From Takakia lepidozioides (lineage: Eukaryota; Plantae; Bryophyta): DNA of 64,000 nucleotides. A program made the translations under genes and the position numbers. Below the pieces are notes generated by a model, which did no database searches, was not told where the DNA came from, and saw nothing but the letters and a program-made list of their open reading frames with translations. Every line of letters starts with the position of its first letter. Within the stretch, counting starts at the first letter, position 1. Location of the stretch: assembly GCA_030704615.1 (NCBI GenBank), contig CM060732.1:50964001-51028000 (forward strand), in the 5' to 3' direction. Of this stretch, positions 1 through 10,456 are shown in pieces.

Positions 1-881
1 CTCCGGCAAGAACTTCACAGGCACCTGCTTCAAGATTCCCAATCAATTCCCAGCACACTTGCGCAACTCACTTTTGAATCCAGCCATTCCTCCCATCGCC
101 CGCAATTTTGGAATGACACTACAAATCTCTTCTTCATCAGCTTCTGCAACCACAGTAGGAAGGACTGGATTTGGAATTTCACTTATGTCATCATCGGAAG
201 AATCCGAAAGCTCAACGATTGGAGTGGAGGAAGTCTGTTCTTTTTTCACACCACCTCCCTCTTGTCTTCAACGACCGAAGCAGCAGTCCCGGGCGTCACA
301 TATGACCCAAGGGACTTTCGCCGAGGCTCTCCAAGTACTCTGTATCGACCAGGACGCACTCTCCACTGGCTGATATGAGCCGTCTCATCACGGTTTTGGA
401 AAGAATATTTCACCAACTTCCCTTTCAGATCGTAAACCTCTTTCTCCAAAAAGATGGAGCCATTCTGCAGCTGAAAACGGGTAGCCAACAATTCCAGAAC
501 AATTGCAAATCCATTGTCAAGGACTTCCTGGGAGAACGGCACTGGTTTGTCGTCTGAGAAGAACTCCGCTTCAGGAGGAAGCCATCTTCCTTCCTCGAGT
601 ATGTTTGTACCTTGCTATCGCAGATCTAGTGTAAAATCGGTTTACTGCTGTCTCCAGAACACAGTTGAAGAATGAGCAGAGCATATGGCGGAGGAAGCTC
701 AGATAACGACTGTGCATATTCTGTTATTCATTCCAGATATGCAGCCGTCCATTTTAATTACTTTTCTTGTGGGCCCAGTGGTCAGAGAATCCATAGGGGC
801 AGTGTCGGCAACTGTTAAACCGTTAATCAGAACCTCATCAATAAACCCAATAACAAAGCCGACTTCCTGGAAGCATGCCAC
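1..881 (-). pseudogene. N-terminal part of a putative MULE-like (GCM/WRKY-SWIM type) transposase, frameshifted as assembled; truncated by the window edge
   Basis: Co-oriented ORF pieces 699-881, 246-542 and 43-249 join via small frameshifts (MACFQEVGF...; PFSQEVLDNGFAIVLELLATRFQ...; IVELSDSSDDD...KSELRKCAG(IDWES)LKQVPVKFLPE). The last segment resembles, from memory, the sequence preceding the GCM-like domain in bryophyte TE proteins. No catalytic DDE residues are visible in the window. Confidence 0.4.
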
Positions 882-1441
882 AGGATCCGAGAATGGGATT
901 GCAGATTAAGTAAATGTATCTATATACTACTACCAATGATCATGCGCACCTGGAAAGTTCCAAATGTGCAACGAATGTGGGGTTTGGATAACAAGGATGA
1001 CCGTGTATGATATTCCAAAATTTGTCATCAAACTCTCGTTCATTTATATTTATTTGTTTAAGACTGCGCATCAATTTCTGGGATTCGCTGTTCTTTTAAA
1101 ATATTGAACCAGTTATAATTTAGAACACGCCGTTTTGTTTTGGGCGGCACACGTCAGACATCCATAACTGAATACGAACAGCTGTACACCAATTGCTGGC
1201 ATGTGCACTAATAAGGAAACGACTATGTGTAACGGTCACGCGGGAGGGAATCCGATGCTTCTAGAGACACGCAAGAACACAGGCAATCCCGCAAGAAATC
1301 GGGAGTCACTGCGTTTTTCTACTTTTCGCGCTTAGAGGGAGAGTGGTAGTCAAGCTGGAGAGGGTTCCTTCTAGAATACGAAAGAGAAGAAAGTCTCTTT
1401 ATTTTACTTCCCTTAGAGAGAGACGCAGAGCAAGAGAGAAA

Positions 1442-4400
1442 ATGACGAGGCGTCGTTTGTTGGAGAACACAGGGCCAAGGCAGCAGGTGAACGCGGAGAC
1501 TGATTCACAAGAGCAGACGGAGACTGAGGCAGCGGCTGCGACACAGTCGGCGATAAGAGTGCGCCAGCCTGTGGAGGCAGAGATGAATCGCAGGGACACT
1601 GAAGAAGGTGGAAGCACGCGGAACGCCGAACCTGAAGAAGGTCAAGAAAACCCTTGCGCAGACAGAAACTCCAGCAGATGTGAGAGGGAAGAGGAAAAGC
1701 TGCAGAAGGGGATCAAATTTCAAAACCTAAGAAGGTGCCAGTAAGTTTTATCATATAGTCTGTGTGATTGCCTTTCAAGGAGTCCTTCCTCTTCCATTCT
1801 TTAGCAGGAAACTAATGAATCGTTAACGCCATCGATTCTGCTATGAGATTTTTACAATGTGTTTTGAAGAGAGAGTTCTTGCACTTACTATTCTCCCTAA
1901 ACTACACTGAGGCTCGTTGCCGCAATCAGTTGCAACATATATGTCATTAAACACACACGATCGGCAGGGGTTATCTTTGGTGATTGTCGTTACCGCGTTC
2001 GCTATCGCTCTCACTTTGTTTTGAAATACTGCAGTCTCGGCTTGCATGTATGTGTAGATTGTGCTGGAATTCTTTCACACCATCATGGTGAGTTCCTGAT
2101 ACAGAGTGAGTGTCGTTTACCGCCATTCACTATTTGCAAATCACTTAGTCAGAACTGAATGGCATCGTGCAGAAAAAACTGTGAGTGGCGAAGCCAATAC
2201 AGGATCAGAGGGGAAAAAGGATCTGGAGATGGGGACGAGTCCGCAAAAAAGCTCAGAGAATACAGATGAAGCGATAGATGAATCCGAAGTGCACTACCTG
2301 ACAAGGTGAAAGAAAGAACGATGTCATTCCAGAAGTCGTAAACTCTCAGTGAGGTTATAAGGACCTGCTCGAAATCGGAGGGCGTCTGGAATACCTCTGT
2401 GCCGGTAATGATATCAATGCCTGTTGTGCGTCCACCTCTTTCCCATGAAATACCAAAATTGCGAGAGTGATTTTGTGCATTGGATATAGACTTGGTGCAC
2501 AAGTTTTAGTGTCACTGGACGGATATAAATGGGAGGAAAAAGCACATTAGTTTCTCCAGAGATCCGTGATAACTGGGATGAGTGCTTGTAAAGATGCCAA
2601 TGAGGAGTTCAAGTTCAAGTGGGCCTCATGATGGGAAAGAACACCCAGCAATTTTGCAACCACATGTTCTACGTCGGGGACGGAAACCACCGGTTGCTGC
2701 ATGGCTGGGATACATTCAGAAGAAACACCATTCGAAAAGACAAAGACACGCATGTTGCTGTGGAGGGGCAATGGTGTTTTGGATCCAGGAAACGACATCG
2801 CTAGGCTTCTTACGCTATGCACGACGTGAACAAGTAAGTCATCAAGGAGATTTGATTCCCTCTGTAGTTCTTGTGATCCTCAAAAAACGTGATAGGAATG
2901 CAATGTTTACAATTGTTTTTGCAGATCGACAGAGAAATCGAATGTGACACACAAGCTTGGTTCAAACACTATTCCGAATTCAGAGGATTTGGTCTGATGA
3001 AGGGATGATTTTTCGGACAGCAGTACTACCACCCAATATCCTCAAGAAGTGAAACAGGAAAGAGCTGCAGGCAATTGGTATCTTTGACACGAGAGGCGTT
3101 TCTGGAGTACATGTATGCGTAAGCCCGAGTCTGTAATCTGTTTATTTTCGAAATACATGTTAGAGTCCCTTCGGAGTTAATCACTACTTGAATGAATGCA
3201 AGCAAGAACTGGCAGAGGCAGCTGAGAAGGGAAATCCGAATATTACCGCACTAACAGCAGGAGGGCAATAAGGACATCAAAGGTGTGGAACTGCAATAAA
3301 GAAGGAGTTTGAGATGCGAAGAACCAAATTGATGTCAGCCTTCGGAAAGCAGCTGAGAATAGTAGTCCTGGACTTGGTCCTGAAGTTCCTCAGAAGAGCA
3401 AACACACTAGACAAGCATGTGCATCCGGAGAGGAGATGCAGCAGGAGAGAGAAGGAGAAAATTGCACCGGCTGGCCATATCGATGGTCGACCACAAACAA
3501 CATAAGTGGCTGTGAGCTGGAGATGAGATATGAAACTCAGATTCAAACAGTAAATGACTTGAATCAGTTCCCAAGAGCACCATACAGCCTGGCACAAAGG
3601 TGGAAGGAATCGTCGATGATTTGGTGTTTGATAACTGGCTCAAACAAGGCTACATTTTGGAGTCAGGTGTGTATTCGAACATGCTGTTTCTTCTCTTCAA
3701 GTATGTGATGTGTTCTTTTTTGCAATTCTGACAAAATATCTATTTGCAGCTCGAAAAGCGCGCCGTCATTGTGCTGGATCAGACTTTGAAGGACTGAACA
3801 TTGCGATTGTTTCCTCCCCAAATGTCATTGGAGGCATACATAAGGAAGTGGAGAGGTCTCACTGGAGATACTGTTTTTTCGCGGAGGGAGTTCTCCAAAG
3901 ATGGTAACATTTACGGTCCAACGACTTTGACAGTCAGGTTGGAGGAGAGTGGGCCATGATGCGAGTTGTGTACAGGTGAAATGTCATACTTGAAACTCTA
4001 CTGTTTTTTGGGGAAAAATGTGTGGCTTCATATGGATTGCATCTTAGATCCAGATTGAATGTCGTTGACGACATTCACTTCTTTGTCTGAGTCATTCTTA
4101 AGCGAGTATATGATTTCACCTGGTTAGGATCTAAGGGTGCAATTATATTGTCCTGATTAGAAATTGATAATGTCCGAATGGCGTTGACGACATTCACATA
4201 GGAGTTGTTGTGTGGTCCTCAAGGTTATTTAAATTTTTGTAATGTCCATAGAGGTTACAATGAGGGTTGATCACTTCATTTTGCTGAATGTCAATGCAGA
4301 CATTCAGTTGTTCTGCATTGTTTTTTCCGCTTGCGATGAATATGGAGGCTTGATAAGCTCTGTTTAAGAAATCCAAAGTGAATGTCGTTGACGACATTCA

Positions 4401-6793
4401 CAGCTGTGTCTGTATTATTCAAAAGCGACAAATTCAATTTCATGGATTGGGGAGCTAAGTAATGGGTTTCTTTTTTGTATTTTGTGAATGGCGTTGACGC
4501 CATTCACATACAGTGATGTTGTGAGGTCCTCAGTGATAGGTTCGTTATGAATGTGCATTGAGTTTTCCTGGATGGTTCCTTACTCAATTTTTTTATTTCC
4601 ATCCTGTGATTTTGCTTCATTTCAGTAATAATTGGCTTCAATTCTGAATGTCGTGACGACATTCACTTCTATGTCTGTGTCATTTCTAATCGATTATTGG
4701 CATTTACCTGGATTAGGATGTATTTACAGTGTCATGGAATGGAATGTTTCTGAATGGCGTTGACGACATTCATATCCTGGAGCAGTAGTGTGGTCCTGAA
4801 AGGTCTTGGAGCAGTTGTCAGAGCCATTTCAATCCATGTTTTATTCTTTCTGTTCTACTTGCATCTTACTCACTGAAGCTTTTGTGGGTGGGATTCATCT
4901 CCTTTTTTCAGGTACACGAAATATGTGCTTATGGAAGGAAATCACCTGAGCGGAATTCCCGACTATCTTGACATGTGGTCGGACACCCTGCAAACCGATC
5001 CACATGTCCAAACAGTATATGCAGGGATATTGAAGGACTGGAGTCCTTCTCACTTCAGAGACTGTGGGTGGTACCTTGACTGCCCACCTGAGCACACGAC
5101 CTTTCAAGAACAGCATATGAAATACTTGAAACAATAACGTTGAGATGCTGGCGCCCTTTGACTGACGAAGAGTATCAACGAAACATAGCAACCTTGGCTG
5201 CCAAGGAGCCTGATGCTCAGGGAACGCCGCAGAAGGGAAAGAAGGCGGGCCCACAAACCAAAAGACAAGGCTGTTGATGTCATAGCCATCTCACCAGCAA
5301 AGCCAAAGGACAAAGACAAGTCCAAAGAGAAGGAAAAGGACAAGGGGAGGAGAGAGAATGAAAAGGAGATGGAGAGTGGGCAGGACTTTGCGCTGGAAGA
5401 TATACCCGCACTCTTCAGTGCGTGTTCGATGCCAAGCCACACCCTTCCCGTTCTGATCAGCAGGAGAGAGATGAAAATTGTTAATGAGGTTGGCTTTCGA
5501 TGATGCAGAGTCGAAAGAGAGGATACACTGGGGTGCCATCCCCTACCTGGGACAATATAATCTCATTCCTCAATCTGGTGAGAATTCCAGTTTCTTTCCT
5601 TTTTCTCTGAATGTCATCATTGGCAGTATTTCAGTCTCGTTCGTGGAAAACATCTTGCCAGCGTTCTAGAAAAAAACATGTCTGTTGCAGGGTGAGCACA
5701 GGTCCCCCTTCGTGTGCGGTGTGCAGAAAACTTGTATGCGGCCGACATTGTCATTCTCGACATCCGGATGGCCAGGCTGTGCCAGAAGTTCTTCCAAAGG
5801 GCAGACGCCCGGGTGGAACAAATTCGGGACAACTACTGGAGTTTGGGTATTCGGGTTCTGTAACAATTTCCTCTCTGATGCAGGGACACTTCTGCTTTTT
5901 CAGTCATGTGACAATGATAGTCGTTCGGTCATTGGCATCATACCTCAAGTCTTCAGGGTTTGAATTTTGCGCACATGGAATTGTGTGAACAGCCTCTACC
6001 TTGTGAAAGGGGTTTCCCTGGTCAAGCTGTATGCGTCTGCCTGCTGCTTATGCTTTGATCATGAGTTTTCAATTTTCTCTGCAGCTCCACTCTAGTAGAA
6101 TGTTTTATGATCGACACCGATCATCAACGATTCATGGTTTTTTGGTGTCAGAGTTCTGAATAGCCGATGTACACACTTCCACTTTAGATTGTGTTACCAC
6201 ACTAACCTGTATCTTTGGCAGACGAGGATGTTCGAGGCGATCTGCCTGCGGAGGATTCGCACATCAAAGACACCATCCTCCATCCGCAGCTTTGAGATTT
6301 CTGACCAGGGTTGTTTCGTCAACCCCCCCTATGAGCCCCATGTCGATGACATTTTGTACAACTTCATGCAGTCCAGTCAGACTCTGAAGAGACCAGATGG
6401 CACTCCCTGGAGAGGTGCAAAGGAAAAGTCACCAGCATTCATGCAAATACTGCTGGAGTCATGCAGCCACCGCTCTGCACGGGTGGTCGATCTTTCTGTG
6501 TCCACAGGTTCGTTTTCTCCCTTCCGAATTGGTTTTCCTTCAACAGTTTCATCTGCTTAAATCCCCTCCTCCAAACTGTTTATGTTCTCCTGTCTGGTGC
6601 AGGAGCAACTTACCACGCATGCAAGGCAGGCGGAAGAAGCCTTTTTGGTATGGAGGGTGATTCTGATCTCTACAACACAGTGCTCCTCCCCCTTTTGTCT
6701 GGCTCCACTTCAGGCACACAGACTGATCGGATTCATATTCGAAATGATGACGATCCCGAAGATAAGCAGGTCGACAAACGACTTTTCATGTGA
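1442..6793 (+). CDS. Multi-exon gene encoding a ParB/Srx-like domain fused to a C-terminal beta-class N4-cytosine/N6-adenine DNA methyltransferase-like domain; many 1-nt indels as assembled
   Basis: GT-AG exons at approx. 1442-1740, 2153-2833, 2925-3113, ~3165-3666, ~3750-3975, 4912-~5488, 5691-~6028, 6222-6507 and 6603-6793. ParB-like MFYVGDGNHR(V)AAW at 2664-2705. MTase motif-IV-like ADIVILDI(P)DG at 5741-5775, then FCNNFLSDAGTLLLF and YLKSSGF. Next come WRGAKEKSPAFMQILLESCS and the spliced VVDLSVSTG|ATYHACKAGGRSLFGMEGD, matching the QKP...VLDPFxGSGTT..A...GR..IG.E pattern of N6_N4_Mtase. Motif order IV-TRD-I indicates beta class. Confidence 0.72.
4056..4772. repeat. Intronic array of seven ~20-bp palindromes (consensus GAATGKCG-TTGA-CGMCATTC) with 75-140 bp spacers
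   Basis: Copies start at 4057, 4176, 4286 (variant CTGAATGTC-AATGCA-GACATTCAG), 4380, 4486, 4646 and 4752. All lie in the intron ~3976-4911 of the ParB-MTase gene. Spacers are only loosely similar, in alternating A/B fashion. Confidence 0.92.
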
Positions 6794-7249
6794 GTAAGTG
6801 CTAAACCCTCTTTGGGAGTCATACTCAATTTCTCGATAACATCAAGTTACAGTAATAACTTTTTCAGGCTGTCTTTCAAGAAAGCCAGCGGTGGATCTTC
6901 AGGAGATACAGTCATTTCTGGCGAGTCTGTTTCGACAGCCCCCTTTCCAATTTTCTGCTCCCTGTTTATGCCGAAGCAATGGCACTTCACGCGTCCGAGT
7001 CCCTATCCCCTGACTTTTAGTGGCCAGCCGTAGGTGTATCCAGCGTGGATCCGGTGTTCTAAAATACTTAGACTTAGATGCAGAGGAAGAGGGGATACAT
7101 ACATTGTACTGACTCTGAGTCAGACTGAACTGTATTCTTTTAATATTCATTTTCATATTATCTGGAAAAACGTTGAATCCCCTTACTCTACCGTAGTTGT
7201 TCCTTTAGAACAAATAATAATCACAGAATCAACTTTCGTTTAAATGCTA

Positions 7250-8280
7250 TATGTATGAATCCATCTCACAAACCTTCCTGACTCTTCTCATATCCATTGT
7301 GCATTCATCTACACTGTATTCATGCGTGCTCCATTCATGAAAGCTTCCTTTGTACAACATCCATTGTACATTCATCCTCTGTACTCTTTAATCCACCCCA
7401 CAAACCTTCCACACTCATTTCATATACTTTGTGCATTCGTCAAAAGATTTGGTCATGCATCTTCCTGTCATGAATTTTTGTCATTGCTCAACATCCATTA
7501 TACATTCATCCATTTTACTCTTATCCATCCGTCATTCATCCATCTACATAGATTTTTCAAACTCATCCATCTGTTTATCATCCAACTGTACATTCATCCA
7601 TCATTTATTCAATGCCTTTTATTATGTCGTCCAGCTTGTTTCCGCGGTAAAGGGTGCCAATCCGCGGGAATACACTCCACTTCTTTCTGGGTGCGTGGTG
7701 ACTCGGCCTCCACGTGTGATGACGTGGACTGAGCCCCGTGACGTGGCATTTGCGCAAGGTGACGTGGCTCACGCGCTCACGCGACGCGCTCACGCCGAGG
7801 CATCCCTGGAGCGGCGACGTCTCGGGGGCGCGCGCCGTGGATGGGAGGAGGGGTTCGACGGCGGCGGGAGCGCCACGTGGTGATGGGCGCATCATGGGGC
7901 CTTCATCTGGCCGTCATCCATTTAATTGAGGTGGATGGATGGGAGGGGGTCGACGGTTCGGGGTAGCGCCACGTGGTTGGAGATGGGGGTGGGGGATCAC
8001 TCCGGCACTACAGCGGGGGGGCCGCCACGTGGCTGGAGATTGGGCGGTGTTGGGGCGCCGTGCGGCCAGCGGTGGGGCGGAGGTCAGGGGTCCCAGGTGG
8101 GCGGGCGCGGGGGGGTCAGGGGGCGAGGGGAGCAGCGGGCGGGCTGGTGCGGGGCAACGGGCGGAGGGGTCGGAGGCGGGTGGGGATGATTTGACATGGG
8201 GCGTCCAGCTCGCCGACGAGGCTGCCGGAGGGGGGGTTCCGGCTGTACCTCGCGGGCCGTACCGTCAGCTCACAGGCTTG
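7250..8280. repeat. Subterminal region: CATC/CATT low-complexity tract followed by a GC-rich block with repeated GCCACGTGG motifs and G-runs
   Basis: Repeated catcc/cattcat words at 7250-7610. GCCACGTGG at ~7872, ~7968 and ~8024. Multiple G3+ runs at 8070-8240. Confidence 0.6.
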
Positions 8281-10456
8281 CAATAAAATCAAGCCACATC
8301 CATATTGGGACCGTTTTTTCTTAGGCGAAAAATAACCAAAAAGCTACAAATAAAATATGGACTTGACATAGTTATATAAAAATATGGTATGAAAATAATT
8401 TGTTGGAGCCAGCTACAACTCTGTACAAAACGCTTCATTATCATATAGGCTTGGCGCCTTCAATTTTGGATCTCAATTTTGTAACTATAGCCAGATCTAT
8501 ACAAGTACACCACTAGATATCGCTCTACGATGCCTCTATAAGTTCCCATGTAGGCGTACATGTACCGCCCAGCTCGTCTTATTCCATGGGCTGTTGGCTT
8601 GGTCATTGTGCAAGTAGCGTTCAGACGTTCAGACCAGCCCTTTTATTTTTTCATATTTCAATATTGGATATTTTTCATATTTTTCATATTTTCATATTTT
8701 GTATCTTAAAAATCAGAGTGTCGCCATCACAATTGTTTTAAGAAAAAAAAATTTGGTTTCACACTTCGCCAAAACTCAACCTGAATTGAAGTATTGTTGT
8801 CAGCCGTTGCACCCAAAAATTGAATATAATCGCCAGTTCAGTTCCAAGGAGCCTGCTGACTGTAGCCATGTCTGTGAAACAAAAAAAAAGGGCTGCTGGA
8901 CAGGGAAAAATACTTCAACCCGGCAATCATTATGACCACATATTTTCAACTCTTATCATTGGGAGTTTTATCGCAGATATGCCATATTTTTCACGAAAGA
9001 GAGAGGCGTGGACTCGTACTTACGAGCTCGTCCGGAGACCAGTTTGGAAATTGGACAGAGTAGACAATGTGCAGAAGAGTAGCTTCATAATGGAACTTCT
9101 TTAGCTGGACATTCTCGCTTGCGATAAGATGATTGCTGAGGTAAATATTTGTGTCAAAATCTGGGAGGCCTACAATTGAGGTTGTAAAATGCCAGGCTTG
9201 TTCAGGACCGATGCACATCCTAAACCCTACTTAGTACCCTAGCATACCAGCAGACCTCTATCATGGATGGGAGTGCAGCACAGTGATGACTCCCACCCAC
9301 TTCTCTCATTTGTAATTTCTACTGAAAGGTTCTTCCATGTAAGGAATTTTCCAGTAATGTCCTGCAGGAGCCTGAAATTTAACCTACCCCTTCCCCCTGG
9401 TGGATGCAATTGACTTTACTTAACTTTGTGTTCTGAAATATTGGAGCTCCTCTCGGGTTTACTGGTTCTCCTACTGCATGGTGTGACTATTTGCATTGGG
9501 GCCTGTAGCAGAGGAGAGATACTGTAAACGAAGCAGGCAATGGTCTGCAAGATTTGCAAGATGTACCAGTAAGTCCTCTTGTCATAAACCCATTTTCTCT
9601 ATCTGTAAAATCGCTTTCCAGATGCTATTATCTCATGGGATTGTGCAATGTTATGCCATGTGCGTTGATGTCTTTGCTCACGTGTTTGTACTGAAGTCCT
9701 GATGCCATAAAAGAGGGTTGAAGCTAAGCTTAGAGAAAGATGGCTGATGGGTTTGTGTGGATGGTGTGGGGCTTCTAGGGGCAAGGGGAGAGATTGTTGG
9801 CACATGTTTATGCAGAATATTACTATGGATGTAGTGAACCCAGCACACGCCTCCCAAGTTTGTGGCTCTCTCTCAAAATCTGTAATTGGCCTGTGCACAG
9901 GCAAGGCTATTGAATATACCACTGGAGATTTGCAGTTTCAGTATCGTCAGACTGCTAGAGCTGCAGGAACAAGGATTCATTCATTTTTGTGTCATATTTT
10001 GTCATTTCAATATAGATTATATGTTTCCTTGCTTCCTGGCACAGTTGGGACAACCTTGGAGCCCAATGGTTATTTGTTCATCGTCACAAGTGGCGGATTA
10101 AACCAGCAAAGAACAGGGGTAAGCTCCTTTCCCACCAATACACTTTTTTGGTATGCCTCCTGCTGTCATCCATTGCTTTACATCTATTACTGCAGAAGGG
10201 TTGAGCAATCAACAACACAAACAGGTGAGATATAAAAAAAGCTAGGAAAGCATACAATACCAGGATGTAAGGAGTTGAGAAGAGTGCACTGGCAATGTTC
10301 GAAGTGGGGGAAGGGAGAAGAGAGAGAGGGAGTTCTCTGATTTGCTGAGGTATTTTGTGAAAAGGATTTCTGGTACAGTTCTAGCTTAAGGAAGAAACCA
10401 GAAAAGACAGTTCCAAAGGGCAGAGAGTAATTTGAAAGATTTGAGTGAGTGGTTAC

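Larger units (their letters stand above)
1..8280. mobile_element. Putative large DNA transposon arm (MULE-like) carrying a divergent ParB-DNA methyltransferase cargo gene; continues beyond the left edge of the window
   Basis: Two divergent genes separated by a ~550-bp intergenic region (882-1441). They are followed by a CATC/CATT low-complexity tract (7250-7610) and a very GC-rich, repeat-laden block (7640-8280) that ends abruptly in AT-rich DNA. TIR and TSD cannot be checked because the other end is outside the window. Confidence 0.5.

Noticed and set aside
4056-4772. CRISPR array
   Set aside because: The repeats are palindromic and spaced, but spacers are 75-140 bp, uneven and mutually similar in alternation. 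There are no cas genes, and the context is a eukaryotic intron.
7322-8286. ORFs of 87-150 aa in the His/Ile-rich and Gly/Arg-rich region
   Set aside because: Artefacts of low-complexity and GC-rich repeats that lack stop codons.
8975-9140. Exon-like fragment (DMPYFSRKREAW...)
   Set aside because: It has AG/GT borders but contains an in-frame stop and has no recognisable family or partner exons.
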